From a virus (taxonomy: Duplodnaviria > Caudoviricetes): a DNA stretch of 56,163 nt. Made by a program: the position numbers and the translations under genes. Shown here piece after piece: positions 6,964 through 16,700 of the stretch. Location of the stretch: IMG/VR virus record IMGVR_UViG_3300030433_003430, positions 1 through 56,163 of that record; one strand, given 5' to 3'. Position 1 is the first letter of the stretch; every line of letters starts with the position of its first letter. The notes under the pieces are model-generated. The model did not search any database. It worked only from the letters and a program-made list of their open reading frames with translations, and was not told the origin of the DNA.

Positions 6964-8583
6964 TTATTGCGCTTTCTTATACATGGAGGGGCTAGGATAG
7001 ACACCTGCACGAAAGTCTACGTCTCCAAAAAGCATTGTTTTGCCATTTGTAGTTGTTGTTGTAACAGTTTGCTTTACACGACTTCCATTAACCACTTTTT
7101 GATATTCGGTTGTCTTGAGTGGAATACGATTAATATTGAAGTGAGATAGCGGAAAAACCTCTGTTGTAGTGGAAACTCCGTCCATATTATAGTCTACCCA
7201 CACAAGCAACTTTTTAAACCCATCATCCATAGAAGTGATGGCCCTATCTCCGTTAGTGTCAAACACTGCGAGTTCTGTAAACGCTGGTGCGTCAGAGGTT
7301 CCAAACATTTCAGTTCCATCATCAGCAATTCCGTTTCGGTTAGCATCGTTAAACAAAAAGCCGTCACCTGAAATCCAACTTGTTGCGGTTGAGCGTTTAC
7401 CTGTCATGGCAAAATTGACACCACCATTGACGCTAGTAATGTCAAAAACACCGTTCTGGTTGACATCTACAATGATTGGGTCAGACACATTACAGGGTAC
7501 AACTTCAAAAATCTTTACAGCAGCAAGTGCAAACTCATCTGCAATACCTTGCTCAATCGCTTTGGAAAAATCAGTTTGTGCCTGTGCATACAACAGTTCT
7601 TCATCACCGCTAGTTGGAACAAAGTCTTGGCACAACGGATTTGCCGTTACTGCCTGAGAAATAGTATTGAGAGAATCGTCATAAACTGGATCTAAAAGTG
7701 CAGCGTTGGCATCACAAACCTCAATTGGGTCCGACATCACTGGATAATCTGCTTTAAATCCATTGGTTGTTAGCCAATTGTTCATGGTATTGATAAAATG
7801 CTGACGACCAACAACAAGCCCCTTTTCCATAGAACTTTCTACTGCTGTCGGAGTTTGGTTACACAGTCCATTTGTTTTCATTTGAACATGAAGCACGACA
7901 CGAGTCTTTTCTAGACCACTTATAGCTCCCTGTTCATACCAAAAATCCTGCTCTGACAAGGTTGCATTGAAATTTTGACGTTCAGTTTCTAGGGCTGCTG
8001 CCAACTTAGAGTAGGCGTCGGACCTTGCTTGGTCTACCAAATACTCACAACTAGCTTCTGATAGTGGCTTCGTATTATTGTAAAACTCCACAAAGGGACA
8101 ACTAGAAACCTCCGGTAGATCTACTCCAGTTCCCCACTCTGTGCTACCATCATATAGACCAAGATCTTCTAAAGCTAGATTTACCTGATTAATATAAAGA
8201 TCTTCGCCTACACTAATGCCTGCAAAAATATTGTCACGCAAAACATCAATCTCAGCTAGATCTTCCGCCGTGAGGTCAGCGAGGGTTACCCCCTCTACCT
8301 CCTCTACCTCAGTTGTCCCTTCCGGTTCAACTTCAGTTTCAGTTGGGTTGACTTCTGTCTCTGTGCCAGTTTCAACTTCTGTTGGAGTTGTACCTGTTTC
8401 AGTTTCAGTTGTCGTTCCAGTTTGCTCTGTTGTAGTCTCAACAGGTGTTGTTGTAGTATTATCATTCGCTCCTGTGAAGTTTACACCAGTAGCTTCTTCA
8501 GTTGTAGTGTTCACTGGTGTGGTGGTATTTTCACAGCCAGACAATCCAAAAACAAATAGTGTTGCAATAAAAAAGTTCTTCAA
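6964..8583 (-). CDS. lipoprotein with T/E-rich stalk, Cys-containing central domain and C-terminal FrpC-SPM/MIIA-like Ca2+-dependent autocleavage module
   Basis: TTG start at 8583 with GGAG RBS: MKNFFIATLFVFGLSG-C lipobox; C-terminal D-PIIVDVNQNG...SWISGDGFLFNDANRNGIADDGTEMFG...LAVFDTNGD...LLVWVDYNMDGVS...GDVDF. Confidence 0.8.
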   Translation of the reverse strand: MKNFFIATLFVFGLSGCENTTTPVNTTTEEATGVNFTGANDNTTTTPVETTTEQTGTTTETETGTTPTEVETGTETEVNPTETEVEPEGTTEVEEVEGVTLADLTAEDLAEIDVLRDNIFAGISVGEDLYINQVNLALEDLGLYDGSTEWGTGVDLPEVSSCPFVEFYNNTKPLSEASCEYLVDQARSDAYSKLAAALETERQNFNATLSEQDFWYEQGAISGLEKTRVVLHVQMKTNGLCNQTPTAVESSMEKGLVVGRQHFINTMNNWLTTNGFKADYPVMSDPIEVCDANAALLDPVYDDSLNTISQAVTANPLCQDFVPTSGDEELLYAQAQTDFSKAIEQGIADEFALAAVKIFEVVPCNVSDPIIVDVNQNGVFDITSVNGGVNFAMTGKRSTATSWISGDGFLFNDANRNGIADDGTEMFGTSDAPAFTELAVFDTNGDRAITSMDDGFKKLLVWVDYNMDGVSTTTEVFPLSHFNINRIPLKTTEYQKVVNGSRVKQTVTTTTTNGKTMLFGDVDFRAGVYPSPSMYKKAQ

Positions 8584-8584
8584 A

Positions 8585-8890
8585 TTACTCTCCTTCTTCT
8601 TCTTCAGTTTCTTCTTCTTCAACTACTTCTTCTTCGGCATCGGCTTCTTCTTCCGCCTCTTCCTCTTCTTCTGCTACCTCATCGCCGTCAGCATCTTCCT
8701 CTTCAGCTTCTTCTTCGGCTTCTTCCTCTTCAGCTTCCTCTTCGGCTTCCTCTTCGGCTTCCTCCTCTTCAGCTTCCTCTTCTTCGGCAGCATCTGCTGC
8801 TTCTTCTACAGTAGTCTCTTCCTCTTCTTCACAGCCAATGAATGCTGTTGCAAAAGCGAAAGCGGTAAATAAAATAAACAAATTCTTCAA
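8585..8890 (-). CDS. poly-glutamate lipoprotein
   Basis: TTG start, AAAGGAG RBS; MKNLFILFTAFAFATAFIG-C lipobox; mature 82 aa is about 70% E/D with no K/R. Confidence 0.8.
   Translation of the reverse strand: MKNLFILFTAFAFATAFIGCEEEEETTVEEAADAAEEEEAEEEEAEEEAEEEAEEEEAEEEAEEEDADGDEVAEEEEEAEEEADAEEEVVEEEETEEEEGE
8590..8830. repeat. degenerate 12-15 nt coding tandem repeats (Ala-Glu3-4)
   Basis: Repeated ttc(c/t)tcttc(a/g)gc units encoding AEEE/AEEEE. Confidence 0.7.
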
Positions 8891-8905
8891 AACTAATTCT
8901 CCTTT

Positions 8906-9865
8906 TTAAAAATTAAAGCTGTTTATAAACTTTTGTAAAAACGCATCTTCCGATGACATAAGCCTAGCGGCTTTTTTCCTATTTAGGAATTCTTTTTTCG
9001 GCATTTCGCCTACATCATTGTACGGAAATACATCAACATTATATACCTCCGCACCATATTTTATTAAGTTTTCTATCAAATACGATGCTTTTTTCTTCGC
9101 ATCCAAATCCAAAGCAACATAAACTGGCGTATCATTTAAAACGATACTTTTAAACAGTTTTGACTGCTGCTTTAAAGTGGATCCTAGAATAGGCACCGAA
9201 TTTTGTCCCGCTATTATAGCATCAAATACTCCTTCTGTCAAGGTTAAATCTTCATTCCAATCAATATAAAGTTCATTAAAGATAATTTTACTCTTCGCCG
9301 TTGGCGGATTCATGTACTTCCGCCAATCATCTTGGTAAGTTCTACCAATAAAATAGTTACAGTCGCCATTCTCATTGAAAGAAGGGACGATAATCCTACC
9401 AGCATATTCACCACTGGTGCAGAATCCAATTTTCCAAAACAAAATGTCGCTTTCATCAATACCTCTTTTAAGCAGATAGTTTTTTGCTGCCTTTGCTTGC
9501 AAGGTGTTATTATTGTTGGCCAACGATGTAAATTCTTCAGGCAGATTTACAACAATTTCTTCTTCCAACTCTTCTTGAGGGAAAATGCTCTCAATGATTG
9601 AGTCAAACTCAAGGAGATCTATGCCATCAACCAACTCCCGCCACTTGCTTTTATTATCGTAAGTGCCGTATTTCTTTACCAATCGGTAAATATTATTGCC
9701 CCTGTAATCACATATCCAACACTTGAACACATTTTTATCTAAATTTACACTGAGTTTCTTTTTGTGGTGGTTACATTTAGGACAATTAAAAAGATATTCT
9801 TGCCCTGTTCTGTTGTATCTTCCAAGGAAGTCTTTAAGAACTGTTATCTTTTCGCTGCTTGACAA
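8906..9865 (-). CDS. DNA primase (T4 gp61/DnaG-like, Zn finger plus TOPRIM)
   Basis: CPKC...CWIC, RIIVP, GR, KYMNP, TEGVFDA and LDLD motifs. Confidence 0.9.
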   Translation of the reverse strand: MSSSEKITVLKDFLGRYNRTGQEYLFNCPKCNHHKKKLSVNLDKNVFKCWICDYRGNNIYRLVKKYGTYDNKSKWRELVDGIDLLEFDSIIESIFPQEELEEEIVVNLPEEFTSLANNNNTLQAKAAKNYLLKRGIDESDILFWKIGFCTSGEYAGRIIVPSFNENGDCNYFIGRTYQDDWRKYMNPPTAKSKIIFNELYIDWNEDLTLTEGVFDAIIAGQNSVPILGSTLKQQSKLFKSIVLNDTPVYVALDLDAKKKASYLIENLIKYGAEVYNVDVFPYNDVGEMPKKEFLNRKKAARLMSSEDAFLQKFINSFNF

Positions 9866-10382
9866 GTTCCCATCCTGCTTTTGCTATCACAATACTGTCG
9901 GCAATGTCATAATACTTTGGCTTAAGATTGCCTGATTTTGTGTACTCTACTACAAACTTAGGCTCATTGTCAAGCAAAAACTGAACAACTACTTCTTTTG
10001 CTTTTTTTCCTTTGGTAACCTTGATACCGCAAGCCTTGCGAGCAGATGCGGCTGAAAGGTGCTCTGGCTTTTTCTTTAATTCTCTATAGCAAAGGTAGGA
10101 AACCACCCCGTTGAATGAGGAAAGTGTTGATAGAGTCTTTGCCGAGGAAAACCCAGACCGAAACATTTGTAAGCTTTGCTCAATAAAAATATCAGAAAAA
10201 TCATAGTTGTAATCCAACTTGAGTTCTAAGAAATAAGAGTATACTCTTTCGTACTTCTTATACACATCTGGGTAGTGGTTTTTGTTTCGTAGGTCTAGTG
10301 CTTCTGTATGTATGATAGTCCCGTCTTTATTCAAGATGGTAACACCAATAATACTAGTTGAAATATCTAATCCTAGAATCAT
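9834..10382 (-). CDS. RuvC-like Holliday junction resolvase
   Basis: MILGLDISTS..G, IFIEQ and DIADS acidic residues of the RNase H/RuvC fold. Confidence 0.85.
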   Translation of the reverse strand: MILGLDISTSIIGVTILNKDGTIIHTEALDLRNKNHYPDVYKKYERVYSYFLELKLDYNYDFSDIFIEQSLQMFRSGFSSAKTLSTLSSFNGVVSYLCYRELKKKPEHLSAASARKACGIKVTKGKKAKEVVVQFLLDNEPKFVVEYTKSGNLKPKYYDIADSIVIAKAGWELVKQRKDNSS

Positions 10383-10387
10383 TTATA

Positions 10388-11566
10388 TTATATATCAAGT
10401 TTTAGTTTGAATGTCAAGTCTCTTTCTTCAGTTTTTTTGACTGGGGTGGCAAGTTTGGCAATAGCAATTAGGTTTTTATTATTATCATAGATGCCAATTT
10501 TAGAAATATAGGTTTCTTTTTTAAACGGAGCAGATTCATCTGTATATGATGCGCTTACAATATTATTTATATCTAACTCAGTTCTCTCAGAGTAGTAATT
10601 AGATCCAGTTATTGGAGACGTTTCTTGTCCAAAGGATATAAAAGTTGGATTATTTGAATGATTGATTTGACCTTTTGGCGCATTTGCCAACATTGTCACA
10701 ACTTGTGTTTTATTTGTGCCTCTAAAATCTAATTCCCAAGCAGATTTTTGGTTAGATATCGCAATACCATCTTGAGCCCCAACGGCAAATTTAAGCCAAT
10801 TTGGAACTGTATCAGAATCAGAAGGGTTGTAATCTTCAGTAGAGTGCTGTCCACTTGTTAAATCCCAAGAGCCTGTCAACATCAAAAAACCTTCATTGTA
10901 CAAAGCAACTCCTGCAATTGAACCTGATCCATTACTATTTTCTGGCCCCGTCTGTATTAATTCTCCATTTCTTCTTTCGTCCTTTAATGTGCCAACTAAA
11001 GTACCTGAAACATAAAAGTTTAAAACTAAAGAACCTTCTTTTACTTTTGAGCCAAAAAATATTGATGGAATGCTTATTAAATTTACATTTTGTGTATCTT
11101 TATCCCATCCAGAGCCATTTCTTGAAGAATAAGAATAGTGCTCACTATTTGGACTGTAATAATTCATAGTGTTTTTGAGAGCCTCAAGCCTTGAGCGATC
11201 TTGCAAACTAGAACTAAAATAGTTTCTTGTTATACTAGCAGACATTGGATAGCTGCCTGTTATTACATCTCCAAATTGAAAATCTGAATTAAAGTTAGAT
11301 GTGGTGATTGTTTTGAAAGAAGTTAAAGAACCTTCTTTTGTCAAAAATGGGTGAATTAATTCTCCAACCGGTCTATCAACATTATATTCATACAAGCTTA
11401 TGAATCCCGGAGGGATATGTCCGATACTGTCACTTGTTAAATCTCCTTGATTATAAGGCTTTTCGTTGTAATATACAACACCACCATATATAAAAAAGGC
11501 ATTTCTAGGAAATGTTTTTAAAGTGTTTCTTATAATGTCGTCTTGACCAAATGGATAATATGGCAC
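10388..11566 (-). CDS. virion/baseplate structural protein (paralog of 11583..12707)
   Basis: C-terminal YISKIGIYD...LIAIAKL..PVKK....LTFKLKLD motif, typical of baseplate/tail-collar proteins. Confidence 0.6.
   Translation of the reverse strand: MPYYPFGQDDIIRNTLKTFPRNAFFIYGGVVYYNEKPYNQGDLTSDSIGHIPPGFISLYEYNVDRPVGELIHPFLTKEGSLTSFKTITTSNFNSDFQFGDVITGSYPMSASITRNYFSSSLQDRSRLEALKNTMNYYSPNSEHYSYSSRNGSGWDKDTQNVNLISIPSIFFGSKVKEGSLVLNFYVSGTLVGTLKDERRNGELIQTGPENSNGSGSIAGVALYNEGFLMLTGSWDLTSGQHSTEDYNPSDSDTVPNWLKFAVGAQDGIAISNQKSAWELDFRGTNKTQVVTMLANAPKGQINHSNNPTFISFGQETSPITGSNYYSERTELDINNIVSASYTDESAPFKKETYISKIGIYDNNKNLIAIAKLATPVKKTEERDLTFKLKLDI
10389..10417 (-). promoter_or_regulatory. sigma70-type promoter for the resolvase-primase-lipoprotein unit
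   Basis: TTGACA (10417-10412), 17 nt, TATATA (10394-10389), with an overlapping TATAAT; lies in the last codons of the upstream gene. Confidence 0.6.
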
Positions 11567-11582
11567 AGGCTCTACCTCCTGT

Positions 11583-12707
11583 TTAGTAATCCAATCTGAC
11601 TCTCAAAGTCAATTCCGTATCTGGAGTCTTTTTGAGTGGTTCTGATACTTTGGCTACAGCCAATAATTCATTATCGGCCGAATACAAGCCAACAGTTGTA
11701 ATATATGAGACAGGCTGGTCTAGACTGCTATTTTTAACTCTGATTTGGCTTGTACTATCTACATAGGTTGGATTTGAACTATAGTTAAATTCATTGTGAC
11801 CTGCTCTGCAAAAATAAATTGTTGAATTAAGCTCTGTAGAATTATTAAAGTCTATGTCATAAATTCTATTTCTAAGACCTACTGAAGATCCGGATATTGT
11901 TTGACTTGTTAATGATGAGTTCACAGTGCTGGCATCTACTAAATATCCAACTGTTCCTGTAACAAGACCGTTTGCAGAGTCTGTTGATGACCCAAGGAAA
12001 ACAGAGGCAGTTAACACTGCGATTCCTGCTTGATAGTATAAAAGTCCTACTTTTGAAGTGTTGGGTGTTGTAGATCCAGATCCAAACAAAACTGCATATT
12101 CTCCAGCAGGAGAATTTACTTTGTAAGAGTTTTGTGCATTTGTGTCAGTTATGCTGATTCCGGGAAGGGGTGTTGTTCCGGAGAGACCTTTAAAAAACGG
12201 GGCACCATAGCTAGTGTTATCTCCAACAACCATGTTGAAGCTTCCTTTTTTAATTTCATCTTTTTGTAAAAGCCTAGCAAAGTTTATGAAAATACACTCT
12301 TTTAGTTTATCATCACCGGTCAGATTCCCGTCAGCGTCAAAGTCTTGTATGTTTCCATTTACATCATGACCTACCAAAAGTTGAGCCATTTGGCTATAAA
12401 TGTTAATTTTATCTGCATTTTGGACATTTGAAGATGCAGATAGTGTAGAGGTATTTGAATAACCAACTGTAACATCAAAAATATGATTTGCAGAAGAACT
12501 TAAGTGAGGGTAATCAAAAACAGACTGAAATAAACCATGTGAATAGTTTTTGATATTATTTTCTGAATTTGTTGGTCCCAAAATGGGTAACGATGGATCA
12601 TTGTAAGTACCCGAAACAATTGACCCTGTGATTGGGATCGCCTCATGTAAAAGAGTTCTAGTTGATGTTACATCGTTATTTAAAAAATTTTTAAAGCTTG
12701 TTGCCAT
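11583..12707 (-). CDS. virion/baseplate structural protein
   Basis: FNYSSNPT and C-terminal YITTVGLY...LLAVAKV..PLKK....LTLRVRLDY. Confidence 0.6.
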   Translation of the reverse strand: MATSFKNFLNNDVTSTRTLLHEAIPITGSIVSGTYNDPSLPILGPTNSENNIKNYSHGLFQSVFDYPHLSSSANHIFDVTVGYSNTSTLSASSNVQNADKINIYSQMAQLLVGHDVNGNIQDFDADGNLTGDDKLKECIFINFARLLQKDEIKKGSFNMVVGDNTSYGAPFFKGLSGTTPLPGISITDTNAQNSYKVNSPAGEYAVLFGSGSTTPNTSKVGLLYYQAGIAVLTASVFLGSSTDSANGLVTGTVGYLVDASTVNSSLTSQTISGSSVGLRNRIYDIDFNNSTELNSTIYFCRAGHNEFNYSSNPTYVDSTSQIRVKNSSLDQPVSYITTVGLYSADNELLAVAKVSEPLKKTPDTELTLRVRLDY

Positions 12708-12722
12708 TTTTTTATCCTTTTA

Positions 12723-13706
12723 TTACTGTATTCTTAAGAAAGAAACTGGAATGCTAATTCTATACCCTGTTGTTGCACCGGTTATTCTAATATTGGTGTC
12801 AATTCTTCTAAATTTTGCCACACCGGCAGAGCCGCCAAAAGGACCGGCATATAAATTATTACTAGTTCCCAATAAAGTAAACAAATATGTTGAGCTATTT
12901 ATTTCTATAGAAGGCGCAACCCTAAATTGCAATCTGCTTCCACGAGGACCGGCAATTGGGGAATTGTTATTTTCATTTAAATTAGTTTTTACTATGCTGC
13001 CATTGCTAGTAGAAAAGCTATAGCTGGCAATATTGTCATCATCTAAATAAGAATATTGTTGCTGCTCTCCATTGTTGTCTACGATATATCCCAATCTATT
13101 ATCAATCTCTACAATATATTGTGTTTCTTGTAAGGTTGGGTCAATAGAAAAGCTTTTAGCAATTGCTGTCGTATTCAAACCTTGATCTACTGCAATAACT
13201 GAACCTTTTGAATTTACTTCACCTGACAAAAATACACCGTCAGGAACACTAGTTGGTCCTGTGTTTGCGTATGCGTTTTGTCTTTTAAAGAAATCATCAG
13301 TTGATTCGTTTGCAGAAACAAAGAAAGTTGTTTCTTCAGCCAAAATGCCAGTTAGTCCGTTTGTTCGTCGCTCTGGAGCGGGGAAGCCAGCATCTGGCTC
13401 CTCTTCATTTAACTTAATCACTGGAAGATATAACAGGTTTGTCTTAGGTATGGTGAGTAGCCTATTTTTCATGGTTGACATGTTATTTGTCAGGGCTTCA
13501 ATTACAGGTGTTGTCAAAATGTTGATGTCAAAATAAGCGGAGCCACTAGCATGATTCAGGTCGTACTTGGCATAATCAATTTCATCATCTGCAAAAGCAT
13601 ATTTAACGATCTTAAATGATCCGTCACCTCTTGCCAGCCTAGCTCTACCAGCGTCGGTAAGCACTGCATCTAAAATAATGTCTCCACTGTTATCTAAAAA
13701 ACCCAT
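12723..13706 (-). CDS. virion/baseplate structural protein
   Basis: N-terminal DAVLTDAGRARLA...YAFADDEIDY motif; context within the structural module. Confidence 0.55.
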   Translation of the reverse strand: MGFLDNSGDIILDAVLTDAGRARLARGDGSFKIVKYAFADDEIDYAKYDLNHASGSAYFDINILTTPVIEALTNNMSTMKNRLLTIPKTNLLYLPVIKLNEEEPDAGFPAPERRTNGLTGILAEETTFFVSANESTDDFFKRQNAYANTGPTSVPDGVFLSGEVNSKGSVIAVDQGLNTTAIAKSFSIDPTLQETQYIVEIDNRLGYIVDNNGEQQQYSYLDDDNIASYSFSTSNGSIVKTNLNENNNSPIAGPRGSRLQFRVAPSIEINSSTYLFTLLGTSNNLYAGPFGGSAGVAKFRRIDTNIRITGATTGYRISIPVSFLRIQ

Positions 13707-13739
13707 TTGTTATCTCCCAAAATGTGTATATTGCCTTTA

Positions 13740-13764
13740 TAATTAGCCTTTTCCTATAAATAGT
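13740..13764 (-). promoter_or_regulatory. tandem late-motif copies (ACTATTTA and GCTAATTA)
   Basis: 13757-13764 and 13740-13747 in a 92-nt AT-rich intergenic gap. Confidence 0.5.
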
Positions 13765-13798
13765 TATATATTTTTATTTATCTAAAATTAATACGGTT

Positions 13799-16700
13799 TT
13801 ACGTACCATCCATACCAACATTTAATTTCTTTGAAACATTAGCAACGTTTGTTTCTACACCCTTCACTTCTGCTACTTTATCAGAACTAGGTGCAATTAC
13901 AGTTCCATCACATTTTATCACCTCTTCTTTGAGTTTTATAGCCCTTTTTCTAAACGCCACATTCAAATCAATAATTTTGCCAGTATGCTTAGACCTAATT
14001 CTAAACTTATATTTTCTAGTGCCGTCGTTTGTAAATATGCCATTCTCTCTAATACCCAATTCAATATTGGTTGCCTCGGTGGCAGAATCTGCGTCTTTTA
14101 ATCCAGATTTTTCTATATTTACCAAGCCTTGCAATGCTTCAGCATCTATTTTAAGATATCTTTTAAATGATTTGGTTTTAAGACCCAATTCCATAGGTTC
14201 AAATTCAAATATAGAAATCACGGGATACACCACTCCAGAATTTTCTACCATTTCAAGTTGATAAACTGGTGAAGGATTCGTTGGGTTTCCATGAACGTCA
14301 ATTGCTCTAAATGTGTAGTAGTATTTTTTGTTATGAGAAACTTTATCTATATAGCTACTGAATTTTCTAGCATCTACCGTTGTTCTTTTTGTGTTAGCAA
14401 AGCTACCATAACTTGTTGGTTTTTCCTCCATTCTATATACTTCATATTCAACCAGATTATCATCTGACTTAAATAGGAGTTTTGGCTCAACATAAAATTG
14501 TGGTGGTAGTCCTAGCAAAAATGCCAATCCTGTTCCACCTTCATATGCCTTTAGAAGATCTCTATCTTGCGATATTCTTTTTTTATGAAATTTTAACCTA
14601 TCAGTTGGCTGCATGTATATTGGTTCTTGTTCTTGACCAGATGCAGTTGGCATAAAATTAATCTTTATCTTATTTTTTTCTCCCTTAAGTGGTAGCATAT
14701 CAATTTGTGGAGCTAACGCAGGGGAATCGCTAACTGCAACTACTTTTTTATAAAATGGAACTTCAAGCAGTTTTACGTCTGGTTCGCATACCACGTCAAA
14801 CATTGCCATTCTGCTGACTGTTCCTTGGGAAGCGGCGGAGCTATTGTCTTCCTGGCCAAAAAAAACGTTCCGCTTTGGATCAGCCGCATTGCTGTCTGGA
14901 CTATAGATAAACTCTTTCTTTTTAGGATAGTTTTCTTTTGCAGCATCTTGTAAAACATCAGAAAAATACTCTTTAAAATTTTCTCCATATGCATCCATAT
15001 TAGATGTCACATTTTCAAACTGAAACCCATACTTTGAACCAATAACGATTCTATACGCATATATTGTATACTCATAATTCTGCTCATACTTCACTTGTGT
15101 ATCTATATATTTTAATACTTCATCAGATGTTTCTAAATTAGTTGGCTTTGGCACCCAAATATTTTGCTTCACAGGTCCTACGGCACGGGGGATTCCGTTA
15201 TCATCTACAGCGACTTTTTGAATTCTATAGAATAAAGTTTCGTCATATGCTAAATCGCCGTTTAATATTTGTTCATAACTTCTAGCTGTTTGATTTACTA
15301 GTTCTCTATATTTTCCCATAAATTTAACAGCTTTTATTATATCTAAAAGACCATTTTTTTCAGTTGAATATTTGGATAAAAATTGAGGTTGTGAAAAAGT
15401 CTTCGTAATTGGATCTGCTTCTTGAGGTCTAATTACTTCCTGCTCAAAAGCCGTGGTTTCTTCTGTGTTGTCAAAAGCAGACAAAGTAGATAAAAACTTA
15501 ATATAGTTATCTAGCCAAGAATTAAGATCAAATTCTCTGTAAAGTTCAGAATCGCTCTCTTTTACAAGATCGTTTCCTAAATTTTTCTTGTCCTCTGTCT
15601 CGGCTGGAGGTACCACTTTGTAAAAGTTTTTGTAGTTTTCTATAGAGTATATTCTGCCATATTGTGTTGTACATATGGGCGCAGCATTTTGGAGGGCTGC
15701 TAAATCGCTATATTCAGGATCTGGATCACTAACACTATAATATCCTTGAAAATCAGAAGTTAAAGGGGCACTCTTAGATACATTTGGCTCTAACGCTACA
15801 CCGCTTTGTGGGTTAAAAATATTACTTATCCATGTTTTAATTAACCTTTGTGTTATTCCAGATTCATTAAATATTTCAGTGAAAGCTATCCTTGAGTCTC
15901 TTTTGAAATTTAAATTAACATAAAAAGGGAATTGAGTTTTTATGTTTTCATATTTTTCTAAGTATTGTTTATTTGTTTGGTCAATTATAATGTTATGCTT
16001 GTCAAACCCATCGTCTCTGGATGGATTGAAACCACAATTTAATAATCTATGACCGTAATATTCAAAATTATACTTTGATTGTGGATCATCAGTCAGTATA
16101 CCGGGAGTTCCATCTTTGTCTAATGGAACCTCATATATGTTTGGCATTTCTCTCTCTGTAAATGGAGATACATCAATTGAAGACACAACTGTTTCAACAG
16201 TTTCTTGACTAGTGCCCTCTTCATAAAGCTTTGAATAAAAATTGTATATTGGCTTAATGTCTGCAAAAAGATCACTTTTGTTTATTTCGTTTGTCAATCC
16301 CATCGCTTTTGTAGACATTGGAATTGACATGTCTATAGAACTATCTTTATAGTATTCAGTTGTGTATGTTTTGTACATACCCAAAGACTCTGTGTATGAT
16401 ACGAAAGAGTTTAGTTTGCCATTTTTAATAGCGGCGTCAAGGAACACGAACGACTCAGAGTCCCATGATTGTTTCAAATTATTTAAATCTTCTTTAGCGC
16501 TATCACTTAAAGCATGAACAGTCTTTTCTGCATCTTCCATGGATATATTCCAATATGGCAATATTATATCTTTTTTGCTAAACGTGCTTTTATAGTTGTA
16601 TCCAGCGAAATTCCCAAAAGAAAACTTTGGAAAAGAAAGAGACACCTCGTTACCTTGATAAGATACTTTTTTGTTTTTTGTATACATATCTGTCAATAAA

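Noticed and set aside
8584-8622. Poly-Lys N-terminus (MKKKKLKKKKESN) of the 552-aa ORF
   Set aside because: An off-frame reading of the upstream poly-Glu gene; TTG at 8583 has an RBS and yields a proper lipoprotein signal.
8590-8830. Short repeats considered as a CRISPR array or DGR-type repeat
   Set aside because: Contiguous codon-level repeats without spacers; no cas or reverse transcriptase genes in the window.
8216-8872. 218-aa plus-strand ORF with Phe-rich and Ser/Val-rich stretches
   Set aside because: Antisense shadow of the poly-Glu and T/E-rich codons of the two lipoproteins.
9859-9890. Plus-strand TTGACA near the primase start
   Set aside because: No good -10 at 17-nt spacing and no plus-strand gene; explained by coding sequence.
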